Of a stretch of DNA of 64,000 nucleotides, positions 28,691 to 38,755 are shown one piece after another. Every line of letters begins with the position of its first letter. Within the stretch, counting starts at the first letter, position 1. Under the pieces are notes generated by a model, which was not told where the DNA came from, made no database searches, and saw only the letters and a list, made by a program, of their open reading frames with translations. A program made the translations under genes and the position numbers. This stretch comes from Planctomycetota bacterium (lineage in GTDB: Bacteria; Planctomycetota; B15-G4), in contig CBDFJQ010000002.1 in assembly GCA_965248575.1 (NCBI GenBank), forward strand, positions 2,144,001 through 2,208,000, in the 5' to 3' direction.

Positions 28691-29863
28691 ATGACTTCAC
28701 TTCTGACGGCTCTGCTGATCGCCACCACCTGCCTGCCCCAAGCAACCACGGCAGAAGCCAGCCCAGCTCAACATGGGTGGTTTGAAGGCTCGTACAACTC
28801 GGCCCTGCGCGCCGCGCGCCAGGAGAACAAGCCTGTCTTCATCGCGCTCGTTCCCGACTGGAGTGACTACAGCCAGAAGATGCTGGCCGAGACCTTCCCG
28901 GACACGTCCGTCAGCCAGCTCCTGAGCCAGATGATCTGCCTGAAGTACGAGGTCGAAGACTCACGCTCGCTTCAGGTGGCGCGGCTCTACAAGGTGTCGC
29001 AGTTCCCAACGCTCGTGCTCGCCCAAGCGGACGGCTCGCTCGAGGATGTCATCATCGGCTACTTCCCACCGCAGCCCCTGGTGCAAGAGCTGCAGCGCAT
29101 CCTCAGCGGCGTGGGAACGCTGGCGGATCACGTGGCGCGGGTCGCTGCAGACCCCGAGAACCTGGCCACGCGCTACGCCTACGCCGTGAAGCTCGATGAG
29201 GTCGGCGACGCCGCTGGCTTCCAGAGAGAGCTCGGATTCATCCGGACAGCCGACCCGACGGGCGCCACCGTCACGGGCGCGCAGCTGCTGCAGAATGAAG
29301 TCTGGGCGAAGGTTGCGGCCGTCGGCCCCGGGGACGAAGCCACCTGGGACCTCACACCCGTCGCAGAGTTCCTGGAGACCGTGCCGCTGCCATCCGCACG
29401 CTTCGCCGGCTGGATGCGGCTCGCGGGTTTCCAGCGGGAACGGGAGCGTCGAATCGAAGCGGTGGGCGCCATGCGACGAGCCCATGAGAGTGTTGCGCCC
29501 AACGAGTTCTTTGACTGGTCCGCCGACGTCATCACCTACGTGCTCGAGGCCGACCAAGGCGACCTGCCCGAGGACACGGGTCGTTGGACCCTGTCCCTGG
29601 CGGAAGAACTCGAGCGACGGGCGCTCGTCGTCCAGGAACCGGACGCCTCAGGAGCGGTGTTCTTCCCTGCCACACTGAATTACGACGAGTGGCTTGCAGC
29701 GCAGCTGGACATCCTGGCGCAGGCCCAGCTGAAATACGCCGGCTCCCGGGGCAAGCGGCTCGCCCTGGCCACCAGCGAGCGCTGCCTCGCTCTCATGCCC
29801 GACAACGATGACTACAAGAGTCGGGTCGAGCTGCTCAAGTCCTCTCCGCGCGGCAAGCGCTAG
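28691..29863 (+). CDS. Secreted thioredoxin-fold protein (no CxxC) with helical/TPR-like C-terminus
   Basis: WFEGSY..AL..A..ENKPVFI...DWSDYS, YKVSQFPT (cis-Pro loop); signal peptide. Confidence 0.7.
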   Translation: MTSLLTALLIATTCLPQATTAEASPAQHGWFEGSYNSALRAARQENKPVFIALVPDWSDYSQKMLAETFPDTSVSQLLSQMICLKYEVEDSRSLQVARLYKVSQFPTLVLAQADGSLEDVIIGYFPPQPLVQELQRILSGVGTLADHVARVAADPENLATRYAYAVKLDEVGDAAGFQRELGFIRTADPTGATVTGAQLLQNEVWAKVAAVGPGDEATWDLTPVAEFLETVPLPSARFAGWMRLAGFQRERERRIEAVGAMRRAHESVAPNEFFDWSADVITYVLEADQGDLPEDTGRWTLSLAEELERRALVVQEPDASGAVFFPATLNYDEWLAAQLDILAQAQLKYAGSRGKRLALATSERCLALMPDNDDYKSRVELLKSSPRGKR

Positions 29864-29954
29864 CACCTAGGGCAGCCCAGACCCGCCGCTGCCCGTTCGG
29901 GGACCGCACGGGCGGTGCCCTGGAGCTGTACGGGGGGCAGCAAGAAATCATCTG

Positions 29955-30000
29955 TTGCAGCATCGGATCCCTTGATGCATTATGTCACCTATGAGTGACA
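29955..30000 (+). promoter_or_regulatory. Putative sigma70 promoter plus palindromic ArsR operator
   Basis: TTGCAG-17bp-CATTAT; TGTCAC-N6-GTGACA (29983-30000) spans the ATG at 29991. Confidence 0.65.
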
Positions 30001-30422
30001 CGTTGCCCAAAAGTCCCCGAGCCCAAGAAGCCGACGACCTGGTGTGGAAGGCCCTCGCCGACCCGACGCGTCGTGCCGTGCTGGACGTCCTGGCCAAGAG
30101 CCCGCACTCAACCGGAGCGCTGGTCGAATGCTTCCCCGGCTTGTGCAGGACAGCAGTCATGAAGCACCTCGACGTCCTGGAAGCCGCGGGCTTGCTGGTC
30201 GTGCAGCGGGAAGGGCGGGTTCGCTGGAACCACCTCAATCCCATGCCCATCCAGCTCCTGCATGACCGCTGGGTCAGCCGCCACGTCTCGGGCATGGCGT
30301 CCGCGCTCTCACGCCTCAAACAACACGTCGAGCAGCCTGCCGCCAGCGGCAAGCGGCGCGGCGACCGCAAACGTCCCAAACGCCGTACCAACTCGAAAGG
30401 CACAAGGAGCCCCGCCGCATGA
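29991..30422 (+). CDS. ArsR/SmtB family transcriptional regulator
   Basis: WKALADPTRRAVLD.L, RTAVMKHL.VLE.AGL...REGR. Confidence 0.9.
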   Translation: MSDTLPKSPRAQEADDLVWKALADPTRRAVLDVLAKSPHSTGALVECFPGLCRTAVMKHLDVLEAAGLLVVQREGRVRWNHLNPMPIQLLHDRWVSRHVSGMASALSRLKQHVEQPAASGKRRGDRKRPKRRTNSKGTRSPAA

Positions 30423-30877
30423 ACACCACATCCCAAGACACCACGAGCTGCAGCTACACCCTCGAGGTCTCCATGAGCGCCACCCGCGAGCAGGTCTGGA
30501 CAGCCCTGACCGACGAGGTCAACGCTTGGTGGCTACCCGACTTCCACATGGTGGGTCCTGACTCCGTCGTGCGCTTCGAAGGGCGCGCCGGAGGCACCCT
30601 GCTCGAAAGCCGAGCGGACGGCGGCAGCCTGCTCTGGTACACGGTGCAGATGGCCATGCCGAACGAGTCCCTGCACCTCGTGGGCCACCTCGGGCCGGAC
30701 TGGGGCGGGCCGGCGACCTCGCTCCTCTCCCTGACCCTGGAGACCCAGGGAGATCAGACGCTGCTGCGCGTCAAAGACTCTCTCTACGGCTGCCCGTCCG
30801 AAGACTCGGCCGCCGCGCAGAGTGACGGCTGGCGCCAACTCTTCACCGACGGGCTCAAGGCCTACGTCGAGAAGTGA
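30419..30877 (+). CDS. SRPBCC/AHSA1 domain protein
   Basis: A.REQVW.ALT....WW, GW..L...LKAYVE; ATGA-coupled to ArsR, a typical pairing. Confidence 0.85.
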   Translation: MNTTSQDTTSCSYTLEVSMSATREQVWTALTDEVNAWWLPDFHMVGPDSVVRFEGRAGGTLLESRADGGSLLWYTVQMAMPNESLHLVGHLGPDWGGPATSLLSLTLETQGDQTLLRVKDSLYGCPSEDSAAAQSDGWRQLFTDGLKAYVEK

Positions 30878-31052
30878 TCGGCGCAGAGGCCAAGCGCGTC
30901 CTTCCGGAGCATGCAGGCGCAACAGGTGCCGCCCACACCTTTCGGCGGATTGCCTGTACGCTGTCCCTCCCGAGCGCCGGTGCAACCCAGGTCGCGGACT
31001 CCAAGAAGGCGTCCCGATCGGGTCTGGCTGCGAGCGCTCGCCGGAGCCCCCT

Positions 31053-32834
31053 ATGACCGTTCGCTGCTCGTCGATCCCAGCTCACCAGACTCTGCCCCGA
31101 CTGGGGCTCTGCCTCCTGCCTGCGCTGCTAGCGCTGCTGGCCGTCCCCAGCCAAGCGCAGTGGATCTCGGACGCGGCAACCAACACCAGCATCGCCGACC
31201 GCGGCAGTGATCAATCCCAGGCCAAGCTCGTTGCCACCCCCGATGGCGGGTGCTGGGTGAGCTGGTTCGACGGCATCGGCACGGGTTGGGACGTGCGCGT
31301 CCAGAAGCTCGATATTGGAGGCAGCGAGGTCTTGCCGCACGGCGGCGTGCTCGTGGCAGATCGTTCCTTCAGCTCGACCCAGGACTACGGCCTCGACACG
31401 GACGCCGACGGCAACGCCTTGCTGGCCTACCGCGACGACAGCGGCGCCAACGTCCAGATCGGCGTGTCCAAGATCGCACCGGATGGCACGCAGATCTGGG
31501 CGGTGCAGGTCACTTCCACCACGGCTTTCCTGGCGGCGCCGAAGGTGTGCGGGCTCTCCGACGGCGGCGTCGTAGTGGCCTGGACCCAGGACTCGAGCAC
31601 CCAGCTCACCTGGCTCGACAGCAACGGCAACACCACGGGGCCCACGGCCTCCCTGACTCCCGTCAGCGGTAGCTTCGCCGTGAACGACCTGCACGACGCA
31701 GGCACAGACGCCATCATCTCCTTCACCCACCAGACCGGCGGCTTCGGTTCTCCGCGTCGCATCCTGGCGCAGAAGTACTCGGTGACCGGCGCGCGCCTGT
31801 GGGGCCTGGAGCCCCGTGTCATCTTCAACACCGGCTCGTTGCAGTTCGGCAACTTCCCGGCCTTCCTGCCCGACGGCAACGGGGGCGCCATCTTCTCCTG
31901 GTATGACACGGGCTCGTTGCAGCTCCAGTGCTATGTGCAGCGCGTCCTGTCCAATGGCAGCTTCGGTTTCGCACTGAACGGCGTCGCCGTCTCCACCAAC
32001 GCCACGCGCATCCGGGTCAGCCCCTGGGCGAGCTACGACGCCTCCAACGACGACACCTATGTGTTCTGGACCGAGCAGAACTCGGGCCAATCCCAATCGG
32101 CTGTGTACGGGCAGAAGCTGGACGCCAGCGGCGCCCGCCAGTGGGGTGCCGACGGCCTGGGCCTGCAGGCCCTCTCCAGCGATTCCTATGTGCAGGTTCG
32201 CACCGTGCGCTCGGGGGGCCAGTCACTGGTGTGCTGGAACAAGTCCCCCTCCTTCGGAACCGATGTGCTCGAAGGAATCCTGGTGGATGACGCGGGTAGC
32301 GCGAGTAGCGCTACGTTCAACATCGCCTCGACGGCTTCGTCCAAGTCGCGCTTGGCGGTCGCCGAAACGGCCTCCGGCACGACGGCGCTTGCGTGGAAGG
32401 ACCAGCGCAATGACGGCGGGGACATCCTCTCCCAGAACGTCAACGAAGACGGTTCGCTCGGTGCCCGCTGGTCCAACCTGGGCGGTGGCACGAGCGGCGC
32501 CAACGGCCAGCCCGTCCTGCTCGGCTTTGGCCCGCTCAACGCCGGCACGGACGTCGGTCTCGCCCTGAGCCAGGGGCCGCTCAACGAAGTGGCCGTGCTT
32601 TGGATCTCCCTCGCGCCGACGCCGGCCAACTTCTTCGGCGGCGTCGTGCACACCCTGCCCTTCAACGCACAACTGATCCTGGGCACCAACGGTTCGGGTG
32701 CCATCGCTGGCCAGGCCCCCTTCCCGGCTGGCTTCCCGCCCGGCTCCGAGCTGTGGTTCCAGTTCCTGCTCCAGGACCTCAGCACGCTGCACGGCATCAT
32801 CCTCTCCGACGGACTCAAGGCCACCACACCGTAG
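31053..32834 (+). CDS. Secreted beta-rich protein with conserved C-terminal domain
   Basis: Signal peptide (..PSQA|QW); repeated DG.GG...W.D / Q.LD..G...W blades; WSNLGGG...WFQ...SDGL. Confidence 0.75.
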   Translation: MTVRCSSIPAHQTLPRLGLCLLPALLALLAVPSQAQWISDAATNTSIADRGSDQSQAKLVATPDGGCWVSWFDGIGTGWDVRVQKLDIGGSEVLPHGGVLVADRSFSSTQDYGLDTDADGNALLAYRDDSGANVQIGVSKIAPDGTQIWAVQVTSTTAFLAAPKVCGLSDGGVVVAWTQDSSTQLTWLDSNGNTTGPTASLTPVSGSFAVNDLHDAGTDAIISFTHQTGGFGSPRRILAQKYSVTGARLWGLEPRVIFNTGSLQFGNFPAFLPDGNGGAIFSWYDTGSLQLQCYVQRVLSNGSFGFALNGVAVSTNATRIRVSPWASYDASNDDTYVFWTEQNSGQSQSAVYGQKLDASGARQWGADGLGLQALSSDSYVQVRTVRSGGQSLVCWNKSPSFGTDVLEGILVDDAGSASSATFNIASTASSKSRLAVAETASGTTALAWKDQRNDGGDILSQNVNEDGSLGARWSNLGGGTSGANGQPVLLGFGPLNAGTDVGLALSQGPLNEVAVLWISLAPTPANFFGGVVHTLPFNAQLILGTNGSGAIAGQAPFPAGFPPGSELWFQFLLQDLSTLHGIILSDGLKATTP

Positions 32835-33003
32835 ATTGGACTCGTTCCTGGCTGGCCTCGCCCAGCGCACGAGCGGCTCGTAGGTCCAGCTGCCCCCACC
32901 CGCCCCAAGAAGTCGTGAAGCTCTGGAGCCCCTCTGGTCGAGAGGGATTCCAGAGGTCGCCGTCCACTTGGGACGACTGGGCCTCCCCCCTGGAGAGCCC
33001 AGC

Positions 33004-33216
33004 ATGGCGTTCGATTCACCCCCACCGCCCGACCCGGACAACCGCCCGTGGTTGGACGTGCTGCACCTGCGCACCCCGAACCCAGACCATTGCTACCTGA
33101 GTGAGTCCCGCTGGCAAAAGAAGAGCGCAGCCAAGAACGCCAAGACCAAAGCCCCGGCTCGCAAGAAGCGTGCCGCCAAGCAGCAGCCTGCACGGCGCGT
33201 TCGCAGCAAGAGCTGA
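33004..33216 (+). CDS. Small protein with Lys/Arg/Ala-rich tail
   Basis: GGAGAG RBS, ATG 33004, 70 aa; fills the gap before the ECF gene. Confidence 0.5.
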   Translation: MAFDSPPPPDPDNRPWLDVLHLRTPNPDHCYLSESRWQKKSAAKNAKTKAPARKKRAAKQQPARRVRSKS

Positions 33217-33260
33217 ACCCAGACGGCCGGGAGCGAGCTGGCTTCGGTAGACTGCCACCG

Positions 33261-33821
33261 ATGTCGGACACGATTCATCTCGTCGAGGCTGCACGCGCCG
33301 GCGACCGCAGCGCCCTCGGACATTTGTGCGCGCGCCACCAGGGCCGCTTGCTGAACTCCTTGCGCGCGAGCATGGAGCCGGCATTGGCCGCGCGCATCAG
33401 CGCCGAAGACGTGCTGCAGGAAACCCTGCTCGAATGCGCACGGAAACTCGACGTGTTCGAGGACCGCGGCCCCGCGTCTTTCTACCGTTGGATGGTAGGC
33501 ATCGCCCGCTACAAGCTCGCCGAGGCACGTCGCGCACAGCGAGCGCGCAAGCGCTCCGCCGAAGCCCTGCCCGAGGAGACCCTGCACGGTTCAGCCACCA
33601 GCCCCAGTGGCCACGCCATGCGCAACGAGGGAGGGCTCGCCTTGCAGGCCGCCCTGTCCGAGCTGCCCGGCCGACAGGGGGAAGCCGTCCGTCTGCGCTA
33701 CCTCATGGGCCTCAGTGTCGCCGAAACAGCAGAGCGCCTCGAAACCAGCCCCTCGGCCGTCAAAGCCCTGGTAGGGCGTGGTCTCAGCAGTCTTGGTCGC
33801 AGCGCTCACCTCCCGCTCTGA
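33261..33821 (+). CDS. ECF sigma-70 factor (Ser/Thr-kinase-associated type)
   Basis: AR.GDR.AL..L, SAEDVLQET, FYRW, TSPS, LP..Q.EAV.LRY..GLSVAE.A. Confidence 0.9.
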   Translation: MSDTIHLVEAARAGDRSALGHLCARHQGRLLNSLRASMEPALAARISAEDVLQETLLECARKLDVFEDRGPASFYRWMVGIARYKLAEARRAQRARKRSAEALPEETLHGSATSPSGHAMRNEGGLALQAALSELPGRQGEAVRLRYLMGLSVAETAERLETSPSAVKALVGRGLSSLGRSAHLPL

Positions 33822-33897
33822 GGGCGAATGATGCCCCACGGATTTTTTGCGCGACCCATTGGGCCCGAGCAGCCAACTGGTGGTGGAGGACAACCCA

Positions 33898-36117
33898 ATG
33901 ACCACATCCCACTCTGATTCCAGCCCCGGTGAGCCGACGCCCGCCGCCCCCATGCCCCTGGAAGACATCCAGGACGCCCTGGTGGACCAGCTCCATGCCG
34001 GCGAGGCCATCGACCGCGAAGCCCTGTTCGCCCGCCACCCGCACTACCGTTCGGACCTGGAGCAGTTCCTGGCCGTGATCGAGCTGCTGGAAGCGGACGG
34101 GCCTGCACCCGAGGAGCCCGCCCCCACCCGTCTGGGTGAGTACCGCGTCTTGCGTGAAGTGGGTCGCGGTGGCATGGGTGTCGTCTATGAGGCCGAACAG
34201 CCCAGCCTCAAGCGGCGCATCGCGCTCAAGGTGCTGCCCCCGGCCTTGCGCAACGACCGCCGCCTGCTCGCGCGCTTCCGGCGCGAGGCCGAGGCGGCAG
34301 GTCGCCTACGCCATCCGAACATCGTGCCCGTCTACAGCTTCGGCGAATCGGGCGGTGCCCCCTTCTTCGCCATGGAGTTGGTGGAAGGGCCGTCCTTGGC
34401 TGCCATCGTCACCAAGCGCCGGGCGGGCATGGACGCCGACCTGCCCGTGGACCCCAGCGATTATCGTGCTTGGGCGGTGGACGCGGTAGCACAGATCGCC
34501 GATGCCTTGGACTACGCCCACTCGCGCGGGGTCCTGCATCGCGACGTGAAGCCCGGCAACATCCTGATCGACGACACGGGCAAGGCGCGGCTCACGGACT
34601 TCGGCCTCGCCCTCGACCTGGAGGCCACCAGCCTCACCGTCTCGGGGGAGGTCTTCGGTTCACCGCGCTACATGAGCCCGGAGCAGGCCTTCCGCAACAA
34701 GCTGCCGCTCGACGCGCGCACGGATGTGTACTCCCTCGCCGTGACGCTCTATGAACTGCTGACGTTGCGCCTGCCCTACGACGCAGCCACCAGCTCCGAG
34801 ATCCTGCTCGCCTTGGAGGGTGGACGCCATGTGCCCCTGCGCACCCACGACGCGGGTGCTCCCCGGGCCCTGGAGTCCGTCCTGAATCAGGCGCTGCAGG
34901 TGGACCCCCTCAAGCGCTACGGCAACGCCGGGCTGTTCGCCACCGACCTGCGGGCGTCCATGGAGGGCATGGCCGTCTCAGCCAAGCACCGCGCCCCCAC
35001 CTGGAGACGGGTCCTGATAGGTGTGGCCGCAGCCATGGCGCTGCTCATGGGCTCGGCTTGGGTGTACGACACCTACTTTGGTGCCGATTCCGAGCACATT
35101 GCCGAGGTGGCAGGGACGAAGCTGTCTGCCCCGTCACCGCGCGTCATCCGGCAGCTTGCAGACGGAACGCACCCGGATGCCGACGCCGTCATGCGCCAGT
35201 GGTTCCAGCCGCTCATCCGCCTGCGCAGCCTCTTGGCGCGGGATACACCCAGCCGCGTCCACGCCACCATGACGTGCGTGCTCAGCGACGACTCCGTGGC
35301 GCTCAGCGACGACAACATCTGGGCCATCGGAACCCTCGAGCAATCCGTGGCCGGTGGCCCCTGGACCGTGCCCACGGGAGCGCGCCGCCTGGCTACACCC
35401 ATTCTCGGCGAGCGCAGCGTGCTCATTCGCACGGCGTCCTACCCGCTGCACGACGAGCTGGGCGACGCCCTGAGCCAAGGGTCCTTCTCCCTGACACACC
35501 GCATGACCGTCCGCGTGCTGCGCTTGGAGGACGGGCTCCGCCCCTCGCATGAGCAACTCACAGCCCTGGAACTCACGGGAGGCACGGTGGCCACCTGGCC
35601 CCTGCCGGAGACGGTGATGTTCGTCTACGACAGCTACCCCGAGGACTACCCGCAGCGCCTGTCCGACCCCCAGCTCGACGCCGTCATGACTGCGGCCTAC
35701 CAGCCCGTTTCCTCGAGCTTCCTGGGCCTTGGCATGGTGGGCAGCACCGGACGCTCGCTGGACGTCCAGTTCTTCTACACCCACGACGGGGAGGCCCGGC
35801 TCGAACCCATCGCCGGTCGCTTCGAGCTGTTCCTGCCCGAGGAGCAGCAGGCCTTCGCCTGGACGGAATACTCCACGCTCGGGACCCAGGGCGCGCCGGG
35901 AACGAGCTCCTCCCGCATGAGCTTCTCCCTCCCCGAGCAACCCAGCGCGAGCCAGGAGCGTCTCCTGCTCGACCTGAATGCCGGCGAGGCCCGTGAGGTG
36001 CGCTTGGTCTATGTGCCCGAGCGCGAGGTGGCGCTGGAGCAACCGGACGTCGACGCCTATTGGACAGGACGGCTCGACATCCCCATCACCCTCGAGGCTG
36101 GCAACGACGGTCTCTGA
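33898..36117 (+). CDS. Hanks-type Ser/Thr protein kinase with TM helix and extracytoplasmic domain
   Basis: GRGGMGVVY, ALK, HRDVKPGN, DFG, YMSPEQ, DVYSL; GGAGGA RBS. Confidence 0.93.
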   Translation: MTTSHSDSSPGEPTPAAPMPLEDIQDALVDQLHAGEAIDREALFARHPHYRSDLEQFLAVIELLEADGPAPEEPAPTRLGEYRVLREVGRGGMGVVYEAEQPSLKRRIALKVLPPALRNDRRLLARFRREAEAAGRLRHPNIVPVYSFGESGGAPFFAMELVEGPSLAAIVTKRRAGMDADLPVDPSDYRAWAVDAVAQIADALDYAHSRGVLHRDVKPGNILIDDTGKARLTDFGLALDLEATSLTVSGEVFGSPRYMSPEQAFRNKLPLDARTDVYSLAVTLYELLTLRLPYDAATSSEILLALEGGRHVPLRTHDAGAPRALESVLNQALQVDPLKRYGNAGLFATDLRASMEGMAVSAKHRAPTWRRVLIGVAAAMALLMGSAWVYDTYFGADSEHIAEVAGTKLSAPSPRVIRQLADGTHPDADAVMRQWFQPLIRLRSLLARDTPSRVHATMTCVLSDDSVALSDDNIWAIGTLEQSVAGGPWTVPTGARRLATPILGERSVLIRTASYPLHDELGDALSQGSFSLTHRMTVRVLRLEDGLRPSHEQLTALELTGGTVATWPLPETVMFVYDSYPEDYPQRLSDPQLDAVMTAAYQPVSSSFLGLGMVGSTGRSLDVQFFYTHDGEARLEPIAGRFELFLPEEQQAFAWTEYSTLGTQGAPGTSSSRMSFSLPEQPSASQERLLLDLNAGEAREVRLVYVPEREVALEQPDVDAYWTGRLDIPITLEAGNDGL

Positions 36118-36134
36118 ACACGCGCCCGCCGGAC

Positions 36135-37124
36135 CTAGGGCGTGGTGCACACCTCGGCGTTCGACATGGTGATGCCGTGCACCGAGCTCGCGTCCTGCAC
36201 CAGGAACTGCAAGGTCAGGTCCAAGCCTGCAGGGATGCCAGCCGGCCAGGGCAAACCCTGACTGAAGTCACCGGCGGGATCGCTCACGCGCAGCAACTGC
36301 AAGTTGTAGGGGAACGCGTGCACGGTGCCCCCCAACGCTGCAAAGGGCACGGGGTTGAGAGCGAGCCAGACCACCATGGCCGCACTCGGAGCCGCGTTGC
36401 TGAGCTGCACCGTGGTGGTGGAGCCCGCGGTCAAGGGACCGAACGTCTCCAACAGGGGTTGGCCGTTCACACCGAGCGTGCCGCCGCCCAGGTCGATCCA
36501 GGGAGCCTCCAGCTCAATGGTGAGCGTCTCGAAGAGGATGCCGACCGGGTTGAAGGGACCGTCGTTGATGGTCCAGTTGAACACCGTCAGACCGGTGAAG
36601 TCATAGGTACCCAAGGCGTCCAGGATATTCAGGGACGAGAGGTCGGTGCCGCCGTAGGTCACGGAGAAGTCGTTCTCGAACTTGGGCGAGATACCGCCCT
36701 CCTGTTGGAGCGGCACACCGATGGGGAAGTCCACGCTGTCCGCGAGGAAGAAGCCGTCCACCGCCGGATCATTGTCCCGCAACACGAAGTACGGCGTCTG
36801 TCCCCCGGGGTAGGGCGTCTGCAGCGGCATGGTGAAACTGGGGAACTCGATGCCGAAGCTGCTCTTGTCCAACTCGTAACCCCGTGTGGGGAAATTCGGG
36901 CTGTTCAGGAACAGATCGCTGTCGATGAGGAAGCTCATGGTGGCGCTGTCGCCGACGTTCACCGTCCCCAAAGCCCCTACCGAGACCTGGTTGAACTCCA
37001 CTTCACCTTGCACGGTGACGCGCACGATGCTGCCGGCCAGGGCGACGGGAGCAAGGCTTCCCAGAACCAACGCTGCTGCAGCACAGGATCGAACACAAGC
37101 GGGGAGTGACATCAGTGACTTCAT
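36135..37124 (-). CDS. Secreted hypothetical protein with conserved C-terminal domain
   Basis: Signal peptide (..APVALA); C-terminal WIDLGGG...LQFLVQD...SNA. Confidence 0.75.
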   Translation of the reverse strand: MKSLMSLPACVRSCAAAALVLGSLAPVALAGSIVRVTVQGEVEFNQVSVGALGTVNVGDSATMSFLIDSDLFLNSPNFPTRGYELDKSSFGIEFPSFTMPLQTPYPGGQTPYFVLRDNDPAVDGFFLADSVDFPIGVPLQQEGGISPKFENDFSVTYGGTDLSSLNILDALGTYDFTGLTVFNWTINDGPFNPVGILFETLTIELEAPWIDLGGGTLGVNGQPLLETFGPLTAGSTTTVQLSNAAPSAAMVVWLALNPVPFAALGGTVHAFPYNLQLLRVSDPAGDFSQGLPWPAGIPAGLDLTLQFLVQDASSVHGITMSNAEVCTTP

Positions 37125-37210
37125 GGGAGAGCTCAACCAAGGGGCCGATGAGAGGGGCGCAGACGAGTCCAGGGGCGGCCTACTCTACACGCTCCCTTGA
37201 ACCCTGCCTG

Positions 37211-38755
37211 CTAGGGCTGGCGCAGGTCGTAGACCCGCAGGTCGTTGGACACCATCCGGTATCCACCCGCCGCCTCCGGCACCAGCCACTTGAAGGGCAC
37301 CCGCAGGGGTGCCCCTGCCGCCTCGCGCACGGCCCGCTCGTGACGATCCTTGGCGGACGTGTTGGGCGTGAAGATCGCCCAATCGGTGGAAGGGCAGCCC
37401 TGGGGCCAGGTGCCCGGGAGATTTCGGTAGGTGTACACCTCGCGTCCGCTCAAGGCCGCCAGCACCGGCGCCTTGAGGTAGAGCACCGACGCCTCCGGTT
37501 CGGTGTTCGCCCGCAACCACTCGGCAGCCACATCGTCGACGTGCTCCCAGTTATGGCTTCCGACCATGTCGAAGGACATGGTGTCCGGTGCACGGACGAG
37601 ACCGACCGCCAGCAGGAGCGTCACGACTGCAGCCACCGCTACTGCCGGCGTGCGTGGGTGCGCGTCAGCCGGTGATGCCCGACGGACGAGGGCGTCCACG
37701 CTGTAGAGCAGTGCCGAGTAGATCATCGGCAGCATCCCGAGCAGGAGGCGATCCACGAACGTGAAGTAGAGCAGCATGAGCGCGACGTAGGCCACGGCAT
37801 ACCAATCCAACAGCGAGCGCCGTCGCCACCAGGTGAACAGAAGCGCCGCTGCAACGAGCGCGGTTGGCAAGCCGGGGACGGGGCCCGCCGGCGTGCCGAT
37901 CACCAGCACATCGACGGTCTCTGCCAGGCCTGCGGCGTTCTCCATCACGCGGGCGATCCAGCCGTCCATGTCCACAGCAGCCGACGCGGGGTCCCGCTTG
38001 TCCACATGGAACATGGCGGTCTGATAGTCAAAGAGCGCCAACTGCGTGGAGGGTCGTGGTGCCTGCTCGGCCACCTCGCCAGCCCACAGAACCCAGGGCA
38101 ACCAGAGGGCCACCACCACCCCCGACAGCACAGCCCCCTGCCAGCGTCGCCCCTCTTTCCGGAACACATCGCCCAGCACCAGGCCCGGCAAGATGAGGAC
38201 ACCGATCGAGCGCATCCAGAGCGAGGCGGCCAGACACAAGGCGCCTGCCAGACCACGCACCCAGCCCACCTGCTTCCCATCGCGCCCCGGCATGACACAA
38301 GCCGCGCCCGCGAAGAGCAGCGCCAAGAACGGCAAACCGGAGAACACCTTGTTGAATGCACCCGTGGACAACGGGCTGACTGCTACCAGCAGAGCAACAG
38401 CTGCCCCCATCAGCGGGCCCTGCAGGCGCCGCATGGCCACTGCCACCGCAGCGAAGGCCAAGACGGCGCTCCACTGGATCACGCGATGGATAGCCAGGAC
38501 GTCCAGCGCCTCTGCACCCAGGCGCTCGGGACCAAAAAACGACAGCACCCACGACAGGGCCGGCGGGCGCAGGAAGAACGGCGAACCGTGATAGACGTAG
38601 CCCTCGCCCGCCGCGAGGCTCTTGGCCGTGAGGATGTAGAGCGAGCTGTCCACGAAGTGCCGAAAGCCTTCGTCCAGGAAGACGCTGAGACACAGCACGC
38701 ACCAGACCGCCAGGAGCCCCAACAGCAGCCCGCTCAAGAGCCGCTGGGCCGTCAT
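37211..38755 (-). CDS. Polytopic membrane protein, GT-C (ArnT-like) glycosyltransferase
   Basis: DSSLY...AKSLAAGEGY, RPPA.S, MRSIG, many TMs; ATGA overlap with hisD. Confidence 0.65.
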   Translation of the reverse strand: MTAQRLLSGLLLGLLAVWCVLCLSVFLDEGFRHFVDSSLYILTAKSLAAGEGYVYHGSPFFLRPPALSWVLSFFGPERLGAEALDVLAIHRVIQWSAVLAFAAVAVAMRRLQGPLMGAAVALLVAVSPLSTGAFNKVFSGLPFLALLFAGAACVMPGRDGKQVGWVRGLAGALCLAASLWMRSIGVLILPGLVLGDVFRKEGRRWQGAVLSGVVVALWLPWVLWAGEVAEQAPRPSTQLALFDYQTAMFHVDKRDPASAAVDMDGWIARVMENAAGLAETVDVLVIGTPAGPVPGLPTALVAAALLFTWWRRRSLLDWYAVAYVALMLLYFTFVDRLLLGMLPMIYSALLYSVDALVRRASPADAHPRTPAVAVAAVVTLLLAVGLVRAPDTMSFDMVGSHNWEHVDDVAAEWLRANTEPEASVLYLKAPVLAALSGREVYTYRNLPGTWPQGCPSTDWAIFTPNTSAKDRHERAVREAAGAPLRVPFKWLVPEAAGGYRMVSNDLRVYDLRQP

